This document shows, one piece after another, positions 43,728 to 53,852 of a stretch of 64,000 bases of DNA. A program made the position numbers and the translations under genes. The stretch lies in sequence record SRR20825019_1337; one strand, 5' to 3'. Numbering within the stretch: the stretch's first letter is position 1; each line of letters begins with the position of its first letter. The notes under the pieces were generated by a model. It was not told the DNA's origin. It worked only from the letters and a program-made list of their open reading frames with translations, and ran no database searches.

Positions 43728-44006
43728 TTATATAGTTCCAATCCATGCTACGAAAATACCAGTCAAAGTGATAATTATCACCCCAACCAGTGAAATTTTG
43801 ATCCAAGCGATTCTTTTCTCGCGTTTTTGTGCCCTTAGAAATTCAACCTTTTCCTTGGCTGTCATTTTATTGAATTGAAGAGGATTCTGCGCAGACGAAG
43901 TGTCTAAAGGTGAATTTCTGTCCTTGAATGATTTTTTTTCCTTTCGCAGTCTACGATTATCCTTCAAAGAAGAATTCATTGAACTCATAGAACCAAATCC
44001 GCCCAT
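43728..44006 (-). CDS. Hypothetical small basic protein with C-terminal TM helix
   Basis: MGGFGS..MNSSLKDNR N-terminus, basic, single C-terminal hydrophobic helix; fits gene spacing. Confidence 0.65.
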   Translation of the reverse strand: MGGFGSMSSMNSSLKDNRRLRKEKKSFKDRNSPLDTSSAQNPLQFNKMTAKEKVEFLRAQKREKRIAWIKISLVGVIIITLTGIFVAWIGTI

Positions 44007-44103
44007 AAAATCGTTTCATTTGCCCACATGATTTATTTCGTATGGGGAGACATTAAGTTAAAGAAAATTTAGGAATAATGGAGGTTGTAAGTCCCGAATT
44101 CCT

Positions 44104-45405
44104 TTATTTGACAACGAATCTCAGTTGTTTTTCAGAGCCGTCGATAAACTTCACAAACATTAAGTAACTGCCTGAATTGAGCTCTTCAACTGACATTGTT
44201 AGATTGGTTGAATTCCAACTTTTTTGTTTCAGAAGTTGACCATTCAATGCACAAATTCGCGTAGAATAAATTGGTTGAGAAGCAGTTAAGTGAAGTGTTC
44301 CTTCTGTTGGGTTGGGTGAAAGACTTACTGTAGTTAAGGGTGATTCTTGCTGACCAACACCATTGCAATTCAACAAATTCATGTATTCCCAGATCTGATC
44401 GTTCAAAGTAAAAGGAACTTCAGTGCTATTCGGTGAATCACCCATTCGAATCAGCACAATTCCTTGACTCGGAACAACATCGATGAATTGCCCATTTTTG
44501 CCGAGTGCACAAATCATATCTGAAGATCCATTGGGATTGATGGGACCAGGAAACGTAAATTGAGTACCTGGAAGGTGAAAACTATTTGATCCGTTTAGCC
44601 ACCACAGGTATCCATAAGCTTCATTGATGCTTTGCGATGTATGTGTCATATCATAAAAGTAATTGTTGTCCGTCATGATCTGATTTCCGTTCCAATTACC
44701 TTCATTCAATATGAGGAGTCCAAAACGCGCCATGCTTCGTGCGGTGCTAAAAAATACATTGTTATAGTCCACGGTAATGAACGATCCTGTCATACCTGTT
44801 GGATTCTTAAGCTTTTGCGTTGTGTATTGGTTTAATGTGGTTCCTGTGGCAACTTCCATCACACTGTCGAGTAAGGTGTATGGCCCGTTGTGATACGCCC
44901 AGCGCGTTCCTGCGTCCGAGAGGTAATTTAGACATGTGTCGAGGGTGCAATGATGATCTGGAACGCCATCGTCTAGTCCTGAGGTCATCGTTAATTGGTG
45001 GCGAATGGTAATTTTCTCTTCTTGCTGCGGTGTGCAATTTGTCCACCCTTGTCCAAGGTAAGAAGAAGTAGTGTCAGAAATGGACAAGTAGTTCTCTTGC
45101 TGAGCAATTCCAACCATAAATGCCGTGAGCGTTTTTCCAGCAGATGCCCAATACCACGGTGTGTTTTGAGTGTGAGTGCCAAAATAACGCTCCAAAACGA
45201 TTTTACCGTCCTTCAGAACAATAAAGCTTTTGGTGTTATTTGCTTCTAAGAAATTGTACAAGCTGTCAATTCGTTCTGGACACCAATTCAACGATTGCGG
45301 TGAGAGTGTGTCCCATGTGCTTCCAACAATAGGAGGGAAGTACGTTTGTGATTGAGCGGTTGTGCACAATAGTGTAGTGAGCAGAAATGTGAAAAGTATT
45401 TTCAT
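44104..45405 (-). CDS. Serine hydrolase (beta-lactamase/AmpC-like) with T9SS sorting domain
   Basis: SAGK (SxxK), LTMTSGL, YHN, YGYLWW, SPNPT...SGSY...RFVVK CTD. Confidence 0.87.
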   Translation of the reverse strand: MKILFTFLLTTLLCTTAQSQTYFPPIVGSTWDTLSPQSLNWCPERIDSLYNFLEANNTKSFIVLKDGKIVLERYFGTHTQNTPWYWASAGKTLTAFMVGIAQQENYLSISDTTSSYLGQGWTNCTPQQEEKITIRHQLTMTSGLDDGVPDHHCTLDTCLNYLSDAGTRWAYHNGPYTLLDSVMEVATGTTLNQYTTQKLKNPTGMTGSFITVDYNNVFFSTARSMARFGLLILNEGNWNGNQIMTDNNYFYDMTHTSQSINEAYGYLWWLNGSNSFHLPGTQFTFPGPINPNGSSDMICALGKNGQFIDVVPSQGIVLIRMGDSPNSTEVPFTLNDQIWEYMNLLNCNGVGQQESPLTTVSLSPNPTEGTLHLTASQPIYSTRICALNGQLLKQKSWNSTNLTMSVEELNSGSYLMFVKFIDGSEKQLRFVVK

Positions 45406-45450
45406 CCGTTAAGTTTCGTTTTTGACATACATTGTTGGACAAGGTTTAAT

Positions 45451-46509
45451 CTATTCAGCCTTTTTTTTTCCTTTGCGCCAAAAAACATTGTTTGGAAAAA
45501 CGATAATCTCTTTATACTCTTCAGCGAGACTGTTGAGAATAGCTGGTTTATTATATCCTTCGATTACCTGTACGTCATAAATTTCCTCTACATCCGAGGT
45601 ATAGCGAATTTCACCGAGCATTTGTCTGCGTTTTAAATCATAGAACAAAACACCAGCATTCTGCGAGTTCTCTTTCACATCCAATCCATTAAATGTTTTA
45701 GATGTTTCGCGAATTTTCGACATTCCAATCATTAGAATTCCGTTGCTATAGGACATTCCGCGGACAAATTTCCCGAAATCTTCGACGATTTCCGATGTTT
45801 TTTCATCAGGATTGACTTTTAGAAGTAATCCTTTTCCAGACTCTAGGACGTATAAATCGCCGTTAATCATGCGAGGAGAGTGCGGCATAGAAAGGTTATC
45901 GAGAATTACGTCTCCGCTTGGTACCTCCATAAGGCAACCAGAGTTCATAATATCATCTCGCCAACCTTCTTTATGGTTCGTACTACTTAAAGCAGTAACG
46001 TACTTGGGAACTCCATCAACAAGCGTCATTCCATTCAAATGACAACGATCCTCAGGAACAAGAGCATCAATAAATGGCGGTTTCCATTTCGGGCGGAAAC
46101 TGTAGTTGATATCAAATGTACAAATGGAAGAAAACAATGTGTTCACGCCCCAAAGAACGCCATCTCCGAATTGAATGTCGTGAATGTCAAGTGAACTTGT
46201 ATTGTAGGCCGCTCTTTGAACAAAAATAGTGTCAAAATTCTTCGCATTGAGATTAACCGTTTTCTCAAGTTGTTCATTGTTCGAAAAAAACAATAGCTCT
46301 TCTAGTCCAGCAACTGCCATTTTTGTTCCGTCAATGGCAATTCCCATGGGCTTTTTGAAAGCAATGGGAATTTGATGAAGCATTACTCCGTCGAGGCTAC
46401 CAATGACCATGAGCCTTCCAGCTTGATACGTACTGAAAACAATTGAGAAATTATTCTCAAAGAGAAGTTCAGGGACAAACGGATCGAATTCTATTTTATA
46501 TTTTTCCAT
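45451..46509 (-). CDS. TIGR03032 / DUF4915 family protein
   Basis: STYQAGRL, DIHDI, VNTLFS, PEDRCHLNG, LSMPHSPR. Confidence 0.88.
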   Translation of the reverse strand: MEKYKIEFDPFVPELLFENNFSIVFSTYQAGRLMVIGSLDGVMLHQIPIAFKKPMGIAIDGTKMAVAGLEELLFFSNNEQLEKTVNLNAKNFDTIFVQRAAYNTSSLDIHDIQFGDGVLWGVNTLFSSICTFDINYSFRPKWKPPFIDALVPEDRCHLNGMTLVDGVPKYVTALSSTNHKEGWRDDIMNSGCLMEVPSGDVILDNLSMPHSPRMINGDLYVLESGKGLLLKVNPDEKTSEIVEDFGKFVRGMSYSNGILMIGMSKIRETSKTFNGLDVKENSQNAGVLFYDLKRRQMLGEIRYTSDVEEIYDVQVIEGYNKPAILNSLAEEYKEIIVFPNNVFWRKGKKKAE

Positions 46510-46513
46510 GCAC

Positions 46514-46538
46514 AAAAAAAGCCCCAATCGAGGCTTTT
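46514..46538 (-). terminator. Intrinsic terminator
   Basis: Minus strand AAAAGCCTCGATTGGGGCTTTTTTT, after the 46563 stop. Confidence 0.6.
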
Positions 46539-46562
46539 ATATTTTTAGTAAAAACGAGAAGA

Positions 46563-46967
46563 CTAGATAGCCTCTAATTTCCATTCTTGATTAGTATCGT
46601 CTTCGAACCAAAGTTCTTTGTTTGTCAATCGCTTGATTTCAAAAGTTTCGATTGTTCCATCAAACTTAATCTCTAGGTCTTCTTTGTCTCCAGAAAACTC
46701 CCAATCTCCTAAATATGAGTAAGAATAAGTACCGTAAGAATACGTGTATTTAAAATCTCCTTTTTTCTCAAATTCGAATTCAAGGCTATATCCTTGACTT
46801 GGAAACGATTGTGATCCAATTCTTACGACTTCCCATTCTCCTGTGATACGCCCAGTTTTACTTCTTAAAGAAAATCCAGGACCATCATCATATTTACCAC
46901 AACTGGCAAAATTGAGAACTGTCATTAAAGTTGCTGCAAAGAAAAGTGTTTTTTGAGTCTTTTTCAT
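46563..46967 (-). CDS. Lipocalin-like lipoprotein
   Basis: FASC lipobox; ITGEW, FEIKRLTNKEL. Confidence 0.72.
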   Translation of the reverse strand: MKKTQKTLFFAATLMTVLNFASCGKYDDGPGFSLRSKTGRITGEWEVVRIGSQSFPSQGYSLEFEFEKKGDFKYTYSYGTYSYSYLGDWEFSGDKEDLEIKFDGTIETFEIKRLTNKELWFEDDTNQEWKLEAI

Positions 46968-47071
46968 TGGTTAAATTTGTGTGGCAATATTAAGCTATTC
47001 ATTTTAAACGTCCAAATATAAAAGTGCATACCTTTTAAATTTTAACATATTGATTTTCAAATCGAATTGTT

Positions 47072-47419
47072 TCATAGGTTTTGAAGGATTAACTCCTCTC
47101 TGAAAAGAGCGATTTGTTTGATCAAATTGTAAGGAATTGGTTGGTCTAATGGGAATTGAACCGATCCTTTTCCTTGTTTATATCCGGAAAGTTCTTTTTT
47201 AAAGTGTTCATGACCAGTTGGTGTTGCGTAGAATCCGATGTGTTTTTTATAGCCTGCAAAATAGACAAGGGGTTTGCCGTTAAGTTTATAGGCTGGCATT
47301 CCATAACTTATTTCTTCTGTACAATTGGGGACAGAATCCAAAATTAAACGTCTGATGTTCTGCAGTATTTCTTGAGTCTCTGTAGGAAAGGTTGAAATGT
47401 ATGAATCTGTTGTTGACAT
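47072..47419 (-). CDS. DUF1801 / iron-chaperone-like YdhG protein
   Basis: EEISYGMPAY, YFAGYKKHIGFY, GKGSVQFP; start at ATG 47419. Confidence 0.88.
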   Translation of the reverse strand: MSTTDSYISTFPTETQEILQNIRRLILDSVPNCTEEISYGMPAYKLNGKPLVYFAGYKKHIGFYATPTGHEHFKKELSGYKQGKGSVQFPLDQPIPYNLIKQIALFREELILQNL

Positions 47420-47544
47420 GGTTAAACAGTTAAGAGTTGTTGTTCGATAAAAGTAAAGCAAGTATATTATTTAGGAGAAAATTAACAAATTCTTGAACAA
47501 CTAATCCTGTTTTACTCCGTTTGTTTGTCACCAAAATACTATTC

Positions 47545-48549
47545 ATGGGAATTGAAATTAAAGAGCCTTGTAATGAAGATTGGTCGAAGATGACATCGAC
47601 GGAGCAAGGGGCATTTTGTAAGGCTTGCGCAAAAGAAGTTATTGACTTTACGGGAATGTCGTCTTTTGAAATTAAATCTCAATTGGCTGTCAGCTACAGC
47701 ACCGAAAAGAATATCTGCGGAAGAATTAGAAATGAACAACTCGCTGAAATTAATGGTGATTTCTATGCTTGGAAAAGCGACCAAGAACGTTTCAAAACGG
47801 TGTGGATCTTTTCATTGATTGCCGTTTTCGGACTGACTTTATTTAGTTGTCAAAATACCCTGACGAAAGAAATTGTGAGTCAGATGGAAACGAATGGTTC
47901 AGAGATGCTAAAAAGTGAAGAAAGTGGGATTGAGTTACTAACGGTAGATGATGAATTGGAAGCGGATGCTGAAGAGTTGAAAAAAGCTTCATTGGACGAG
48001 CTTGACTCCATGAACGTAGAAATGGAAAATGAAGGAATGTTAACAATAGTTGGTTTAGAATGTAAACCTACAACGGGTTTTATTCCGTTAGGAAAATGGC
48101 TAATGGGTAATATTATCTCTGGTGGTTTTCATCCAGGCGGAGGAGAAGGAGTTGAAGATGAATCTCCTTTTGTTTCCATGTTCTTCGATGCCTATTTACC
48201 TGTTCCTCTTTTACCCAATCAACCGAAAATCAACGTAAATCCCAACCCAATAGAACGCCAGAGCAATCAGAATGGGGTGTTAAATTCGGAAGGTGATGAT
48301 TTCGAGATTGCTATTCATCCATTGCCTATCGATGATTCAAGTCGATTATTAATTGATGTAAAATCGCCAATCACTGCGGAGATTTCTCTAACACATCTCG
48401 AAGGAAACAAAACGACCTATTCAGGAAAAAAGCATTTACCAATAGGAAAACATTCAATTGATTTGAATTTATCTGGTCTTGCCAAAGGAAGTTATGTTCT
48501 GGGTGTGAGCTCAGAATTTAACGTCCGTGAAATTGACTTCAATATTTAG
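47545..48549 (+). CDS. Hypothetical membrane protein with N-terminal 4-Cys domain and T9SS-CTD-like C-terminus
   Basis: IKEPCNEDWSKM..GAFCKAC.KEVIDFT..ICGRI; one TM; C-term IHPLP...LSGLAKGSYVL. Confidence 0.7.
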   Translation: MGIEIKEPCNEDWSKMTSTEQGAFCKACAKEVIDFTGMSSFEIKSQLAVSYSTEKNICGRIRNEQLAEINGDFYAWKSDQERFKTVWIFSLIAVFGLTLFSCQNTLTKEIVSQMETNGSEMLKSEESGIELLTVDDELEADAEELKKASLDELDSMNVEMENEGMLTIVGLECKPTTGFIPLGKWLMGNIISGGFHPGGGEGVEDESPFVSMFFDAYLPVPLLPNQPKINVNPNPIERQSNQNGVLNSEGDDFEIAIHPLPIDDSSRLLIDVKSPITAEISLTHLEGNKTTYSGKKHLPIGKHSIDLNLSGLAKGSYVLGVSSEFNVREIDFNI

Positions 48550-48603
48550 ATAGGAAGTAGTTTCCATCGTTTTTGTCAAGAGAGTTATATTCTTCTAAAT
48601 GTC

Positions 48604-48638
48604 TTAAAAGCAGCCAAGGATTCCTCGACTGCTTTTAA
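48604..48638. terminator. Bidirectional terminator between convergent genes
   Basis: TTAAAAGCAG(48604-48613)/CTGCTTTTAA(48629-48638). Confidence 0.7.
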
Positions 48639-48663
48639 ATTTTATGAATTCTTTAGTTTTTTG

Positions 48664-49062
48664 CTACTTCCCAACCAAGAGCTGTCTCAATTTCATATTT
48701 CTCAACCACAAACAGCCCCACACTAGTATTCCGAAAATGACAGGGAAAATGATATTAAACAATGGATCGTGATGAATTATATGTGTTGCTACGGCTCCTC
48801 CAAGCCATGCAGAGAGTAGGGTTGCTCCAAGGAGTGATGTTCTTGGAATCGCATAAAGGACTGTGCTTAGAAGAATAATCACTCCAAGATAAAACACCGA
48901 TCCCTCAGGATATCCCATTTCCATTGCTCCAGCAACAGCCATTTCTGTTTGGAGAAGGTTACTTAACGCCCCAATTAAAAAAAGTAGAGAAATGAGGGCT
49001 TGAAGAATATACGATGTCCAAATTGTAGCCTTTGAAATAGATTTTGTTTCCATGTTAGTCAT
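48664..49062 (-). CDS. DoxX-like family membrane protein
   Basis: LYAIPRTSLLGATLLSAWLGGAVATH. Confidence 0.85.
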   Translation of the reverse strand: MTNMETKSISKATIWTSYILQALISLLFLIGALSNLLQTEMAVAGAMEMGYPEGSVFYLGVIILLSTVLYAIPRTSLLGATLLSAWLGGAVATHIIHHDPLFNIIFPVIFGILVWGCLWLRNMKLRQLLVGK

Positions 49063-50026
49063 TGTTTAGTTGAAAATTGATCATCCAATTAATTCCGAAT
49101 TTGTCCGTGAAAGAACCGAAAAGTGCTCCGAAAAACATTTCCTCAAGGGGCATGGTTATACTTCCTCCAGTAGAAAGTTCGGTAAATAATCGTTGTGCTT
49201 CTTCTTTGGATTCTGGTTCCAGACTAATGTGCATATTGTTTCCTTGAACGAGCGTAAAGCCCATTTCTTTTGGAGCATCGGTAGCCATTAAAACGTGTCC
49301 ATTGATAAGTGGAAGTTCAATATGAAGGATTAAATGCTTAATATTCTCTCCAACTTCTGGTTGACCTTCACCGCTAGGAATATCGCCAAAACGTTGAACG
49401 CCTTTTCCGCTAAACTCCGTTCTGAAAACAGTTCGGTAGAAATTAAATGCTTCTTCCGTATTCCCTGGGAAATTTAGGTACGTAACTACGCGTGGTTTTC
49501 CATCGGTTTTTAGTTCTCTTCGCAAAGATTGTTGCTGTAAAAAGTAAGTATCCAAGTTTTCTAGAGCCATGGTCATTCCTTCTTTGAATCCCATATTAAT
49601 TGTTGCTTCAAGTTGACTTAAATCTCCATAAGTGGTGGTGTTTTCAACGATTGTGTTTTCACCATGTTCTTTAAATACAACTTCAAACGACGATTGTGGG
49701 AATTCTTCGTTTACAATTCCGTCTTGATCCGAAAATGCATCTGTGCCTGTAAAACTTTGCTCAGTAAAAATCTTGAGGAAGTGGGTGAGGCCCCAGTGTT
49801 CTTCTCCTTCTGGACCGCACATTGCATAGAGACGAGTTCCTCCTTCAGTGAAATTCATATACTTTGTTTTGGAGACCCACGGTTTTGGAGCCCACCATTG
49901 ATCTAGAATCTCTGCAACTGTCCACGCTGACCATACTAAAGAACGATTTGCTGCAAATTCTCGCGTAATTTTGATCTGATTGTTTTCTTTGTCTACAGAA
50001 AATTCAAAAGCTAGATTAGTATTCAT
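49055..50026 (-). CDS. SRPBCC (AHSA1-like) + VOC/PhnB fusion protein
   Basis: REFAA...VWSAWT..LDQWWAPKPW; then YLNFPGNTEEAFNFY...FTDKFGINWMIN. Confidence 0.87.
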   Translation of the reverse strand: MNTNLAFEFSVDKENNQIKITREFAANRSLVWSAWTVAEILDQWWAPKPWVSKTKYMNFTEGGTRLYAMCGPEGEEHWGLTHFLKIFTEQSFTGTDAFSDQDGIVNEEFPQSSFEVVFKEHGENTIVENTTTYGDLSQLEATINMGFKEGMTMALENLDTYFLQQQSLRRELKTDGKPRVVTYLNFPGNTEEAFNFYRTVFRTEFSGKGVQRFGDIPSGEGQPEVGENIKHLILHIELPLINGHVLMATDAPKEMGFTLVQGNNMHISLEPESKEEAQRLFTELSTGGSITMPLEEMFFGALFGSFTDKFGINWMINFQLNND

Positions 50027-50028
50027 TT

Positions 50029-50343
50029 TTATTTGTTTTTAAGTGATAATAATACATCGTCTAATTGGTTGTAGCGCGCCTCCCAAAGCTGCTTGAATTG
50101 ATCTAACCAAATGTCTAATTCTTTCATTTTGTCAAGTTTAAGATGGTAATGAATTTCTCTCCCAGACTTGGTTTGATCAATTAATTCGCATTCTTTCAGA
50201 ATTTTAATGTGCTTAGAAACGGCTTGCCTTGTCGAGTCGAATTGTTCGGCAATGGCATTTGGTGTTAAGATTTGAGTTGCTAAGAGAACGATAATTGATC
50301 GTCTCGTCGGGTCGGAAATCGCTTGGAATATATCTCGTTTCAT
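50029..50343 (-). CDS. ArsR/SmtB-family transcriptional regulator
   Basis: DIFQAISDPTRR, TRQAVSKHIKIL, GREIHY. Confidence 0.9.
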   Translation of the reverse strand: MKRDIFQAISDPTRRSIIVLLATQILTPNAIAEQFDSTRQAVSKHIKILKECELIDQTKSGREIHYHLKLDKMKELDIWLDQFKQLWEARYNQLDDVLLSLKNK

Positions 50344-50362
50344 CTGGGTGTATTTTTACATG

Positions 50363-50401
50363 TGCAACCGTATGGTTGCAAATATACGCAACTAATTGGT
50401 T
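50363..50401 (-). promoter_or_regulatory. Promoter with two ArsR-type operator palindromes
   Basis: TGCAACC-GTAT-GGTTGCA (50363-50380) and imperfect GCAACT-AATT-GGTT (50388-50401) flank a TATATTTG box (50379-50386). Confidence 0.7.
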
Positions 50402-50475
50402 TCGCAAAATAAATTCACTTTTTTTCTATTATTCTGAGATTTATTTTTGGATTGATTCCAATTTCCCTTAGTAGA

Positions 50476-52824
50476 CTATAGCTTGGGAGTGTTACTCATT
50501 GTGAATACAATTTCGCCTCCATTTACAATGTCAGCATGCTTCAGATTGGTTCCCTTCACTAGTTTTCCGTTGATGGTGACGCTTTGCACGTACACGTTTG
50601 TTTTGCTTTGATTTTTAGCGCGAATGGTGAGCTTTTTGCCATTTTCCAAGTGAATAATTGCTTCTTTAACGAGCGGACTTCCAAGTGCGTAGTTCGGAGA
50701 TCCAGGTGTAACAGGGTAGAAGCCTAATGCGCTAAAAACATACCAAGCACTCATTTGTCCTGCATCGTCGTTTCCGCACAAGCCATTTACTGTTGGACCA
50801 TACATTGAACGGAGAATCATTCGAACCCGTTCTTGCGTTTTGTACGGTGCGTTTGTCCAATTGTACAAATAAGGGATGTGGTGTCCTGGCTCGTTTCCGT
50901 GAACGTAGTTGCCAATAATTCCATCGCGGGTAATGTCTTCGTGCTGCTCGATGTATTTATCTTCAATTTCCATGGTAAACAAGGAATCTAAATGAAGAAC
51001 GAAGCGTTCTTTTCCTCCCATCATTCGCACCATTTCCTCAATATTCTGCGGAACGTAGAGTCCATAATTCCATGCATTTCCTTCGATAAATCCTTGTCCA
51101 TGGGTGTCCATTGGGTTAAAATCGGGTCTAAATGAACCGTCGGATAATTTAGGGCGCATGAATCCAATTTTCGGGTCATAAAGTGCGTTGTAGTATTCAG
51201 AACGTTTCATAAACTCCGACTCTAAAGAAGCATTTTTGAGAATTCTCGCCATTTGAGCAATACACCAATCATTGTATGCGTACTCCAAGGTCTTCGAAAC
51301 GGAAGAAGAGCTTTTATCTTCAGGAACGTAATGATAATCGATGTAATCCCCAAGCCCATCAAAATAGCGAACATTGGCTGTGTTTACGGATGCTTTCAGG
51401 GCATGTTCTCTATCAAAGTCTCCGACATTTTTTACCATTGCATCTGCAATCACAGATGTGGCGTGGTATCCGATCATGCACCAATTTTCATTTCCGTAGT
51501 GACTCCAAATAGGAAGCATCTTGTGAACGCTTTGATCGTGATGAGCGAGCATGGATTTAATCATGTCATTATTTCTCTGTGGCTGAGTAATATTGAACAG
51601 CGGGTGAAGCGCGCGATAGGTGTCCCAAAGTGAAAAAACGGTGTAATTGGTAAAGCTATCAGAGGTGTGAATGTTTTGGTCTAATCCACAATATTGACCG
51701 TCCACATCTTCATAGAGAATAGGAGAGAGGTTGGTGTGATAGAGCGCTGTGTAGAAAGTCGTTTTGTCTTCTGGTGAAAGCGTTGTAACTTCGATTTTTG
51801 AAAGTTCCTTGTTCCACTTTTCCTTTGCTTCCGAGCGTGTTTTGTCAAAGTTCCAATGAGGAATTTCTGCTTTCAAATTTTTCAACGCTCCGTTTGTACT
51901 TACGGATGATAAAGCAAATTTCATTTTGATTTTTTCTCCTTCTTCTGTATCGAAATTAAAGTAGGCACGAAGATCTTTACCTGCCATTTCTGGGAAGTTT
52001 TCAGATTGATTGAATTTTCTGTAGAATCCATCGTAGCTGATTTCATCGTATTTCTTGTGACCATAACTCTTGAAAGGCTTCGAAAATTGCATCGCGAAGT
52101 ACACGGTTTTTGTTCTTGCCCAACCTTTTGTTTGGCGATAACCTGTGATCAAAGTATCATTTTCAATTCTGATAAAAGTCCAAATGTTTTTATTGTCGTG
52201 ATGATAAACATTGTACACTAAATCTAGAATTATGTGCGCGTCCTTCGATTTAGGGAAAGTGTATTGATGAAATCCAACGCGCTCGCTTGCAGTTAACTCT
52301 GCTTTTACGTTGTAACTGTCTAAGTCAACTTTGTAATATCCCGGCGATGCTTCTTCTCGTTCATGTGAAAAAGTAGAGTAGAATCCTTTGGTTCCATCGC
52401 TTGTTTTGAGTGGGGCTAAAACCAATTCTCCATGGGTCGGCATCACAAGGAAATCACCTAAATCTGAATGTCCAGTACCGCTAAAATTGGTGTGGGAAAA
52501 TCCAATAATTGTCGTGTCTCGATGTTGATATCCAGCACAATACTCGTATGTTTTTGAGTTGTACGAGCCGTCTTCATTGAACATGACTTCAAAATTAGTC
52601 TGTGGACTTAATTGTACCATCCCAAAAGGAACTGTCGCTCCCGGGAAAACGTGTCCCATCTTACTTGTTCCAATAAATGGATTCACAAATTGAGTGTAAT
52701 CTTTACTTACTTCTTCGTTCGAGGGTGCAGGTGATTTTGAAGGTTGACAACCAAAGAGGATCGAACTAAGCGTGAGGAAAAGAAAGATTGATTTTACGCC
52801 GAAAAAGGTGTTTTTTTTAGTCAT
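50476..52824 (-). CDS. GH92 alpha-mannosidase (lipoprotein)
   Basis: LFGC lipobox; VNPFIGT, PGATVPFGMVQLSP, FSLWDTYRA, HGNEP, GNDDAGQMSAW. Confidence 0.93.
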   Translation of the reverse strand: MTKKNTFFGVKSIFLFLTLSSILFGCQPSKSPAPSNEEVSKDYTQFVNPFIGTSKMGHVFPGATVPFGMVQLSPQTNFEVMFNEDGSYNSKTYEYCAGYQHRDTTIIGFSHTNFSGTGHSDLGDFLVMPTHGELVLAPLKTSDGTKGFYSTFSHEREEASPGYYKVDLDSYNVKAELTASERVGFHQYTFPKSKDAHIILDLVYNVYHHDNKNIWTFIRIENDTLITGYRQTKGWARTKTVYFAMQFSKPFKSYGHKKYDEISYDGFYRKFNQSENFPEMAGKDLRAYFNFDTEEGEKIKMKFALSSVSTNGALKNLKAEIPHWNFDKTRSEAKEKWNKELSKIEVTTLSPEDKTTFYTALYHTNLSPILYEDVDGQYCGLDQNIHTSDSFTNYTVFSLWDTYRALHPLFNITQPQRNNDMIKSMLAHHDQSVHKMLPIWSHYGNENWCMIGYHATSVIADAMVKNVGDFDREHALKASVNTANVRYFDGLGDYIDYHYVPEDKSSSSVSKTLEYAYNDWCIAQMARILKNASLESEFMKRSEYYNALYDPKIGFMRPKLSDGSFRPDFNPMDTHGQGFIEGNAWNYGLYVPQNIEEMVRMMGGKERFVLHLDSLFTMEIEDKYIEQHEDITRDGIIGNYVHGNEPGHHIPYLYNWTNAPYKTQERVRMILRSMYGPTVNGLCGNDDAGQMSAWYVFSALGFYPVTPGSPNYALGSPLVKEAIIHLENGKKLTIRAKNQSKTNVYVQSVTINGKLVKGTNLKHADIVNGGEIVFTMSNTPKL

Positions 52825-52828
52825 GTTT

Positions 52829-53794
52829 CTAGTCTTTTAACAGAATATCTTCAGATAATAATGTCAGTTTGTTTAGCTCAATTTGATAAACTCGACTCAT
52901 TCCATTTTCACTTTTCGATAATTGAATGAGCAATTCCTGTATAGATTTAAAATCGTTCGTTTTTTCGAATGAACTTCTTTTGCTGGTGAAATAAAGGATT
53001 CCCGATTGAAGATCGACGAAAGGGCAGTAATCCATAGCTGCGGAATTTACTTCACTGCCTAAATTTTGAGCTTTCGACCAAGTTTCATTTTTCAATTTGT
53101 AACTGATGTATAAATCGCCACTTCCAAAGCCGTCTTCTCGTGCGTAAGCAGTGAAAAGCAAGAATTTCTCCTCTGGATCGATGTAGGCATTGAACTCGTA
53201 TCCGTCTGAGTTAATCGAATCGGTCAATGAAACGGGTTCGGAATATCCGTTTGATTCAAATCTACTAAAGAAAATATCATCTTTTCCTTTGGAATCAGAT
53301 CTATCGCAAGTGAAATAGAGGTTGTTGTTATTCGTCAGGGATGGATAAAATTCATTGGAAGAAGTGTTTACTGGAGCACCCATGTTTATTGGATTTCCCC
53401 ACGGTGCTTTTACGCTAGATCTCTCTACAAACCAGAGATCAAAATCTTTTGGTTCATCCGAGTCTTTATTCAAGGGGCGGTTCGAAGCAAAGTATAATCG
53501 TAGGTTATCAGGCGAAAGAAACGGTTCTAAATCTTGAAATTTGCCAGAGAATTCAGGAATTTCATCCAGCTTCCATTTGCCCCGCTTTTTCTTGATTCTA
53601 GTAATCACAGCAATGCCATCCAAAGGACTCAGAAGTGTTACATATCCTTCTTTTCCATCACTTGATACTGTAAAGTCGCGCATGTTTGGAAGCTCTGAGA
53701 CGGAAGGAAACACTGGTTGTGACTTTGACGAGTTCTGTCCAAAAACAACTATAGGAAGTGCAATGGTTGTCAGAAAAAAAAGAAATGTTCTCAT
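52829..53794 (-). CDS. TolB-like / PD40 beta-propeller protein
   Basis: EPFLSPDNLRLYFASNRP, NEFYPSL, LYFTSKR repeats; signal peptide. Confidence 0.8.
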   Translation of the reverse strand: MRTFLFFLTTIALPIVVFGQNSSKSQPVFPSVSELPNMRDFTVSSDGKEGYVTLLSPLDGIAVITRIKKKRGKWKLDEIPEFSGKFQDLEPFLSPDNLRLYFASNRPLNKDSDEPKDFDLWFVERSSVKAPWGNPINMGAPVNTSSNEFYPSLTNNNNLYFTCDRSDSKGKDDIFFSRFESNGYSEPVSLTDSINSDGYEFNAYIDPEEKFLLFTAYAREDGFGSGDLYISYKLKNETWSKAQNLGSEVNSAAMDYCPFVDLQSGILYFTSKRSSFEKTNDFKSIQELLIQLSKSENGMSRVYQIELNKLTLLSEDILLKD

Positions 53795-53852
53795 GAATCA
53801 ATTTAGTCTGGCTAACTTACCAATTCTTGATACAGTGACCAAACTAAATCGG

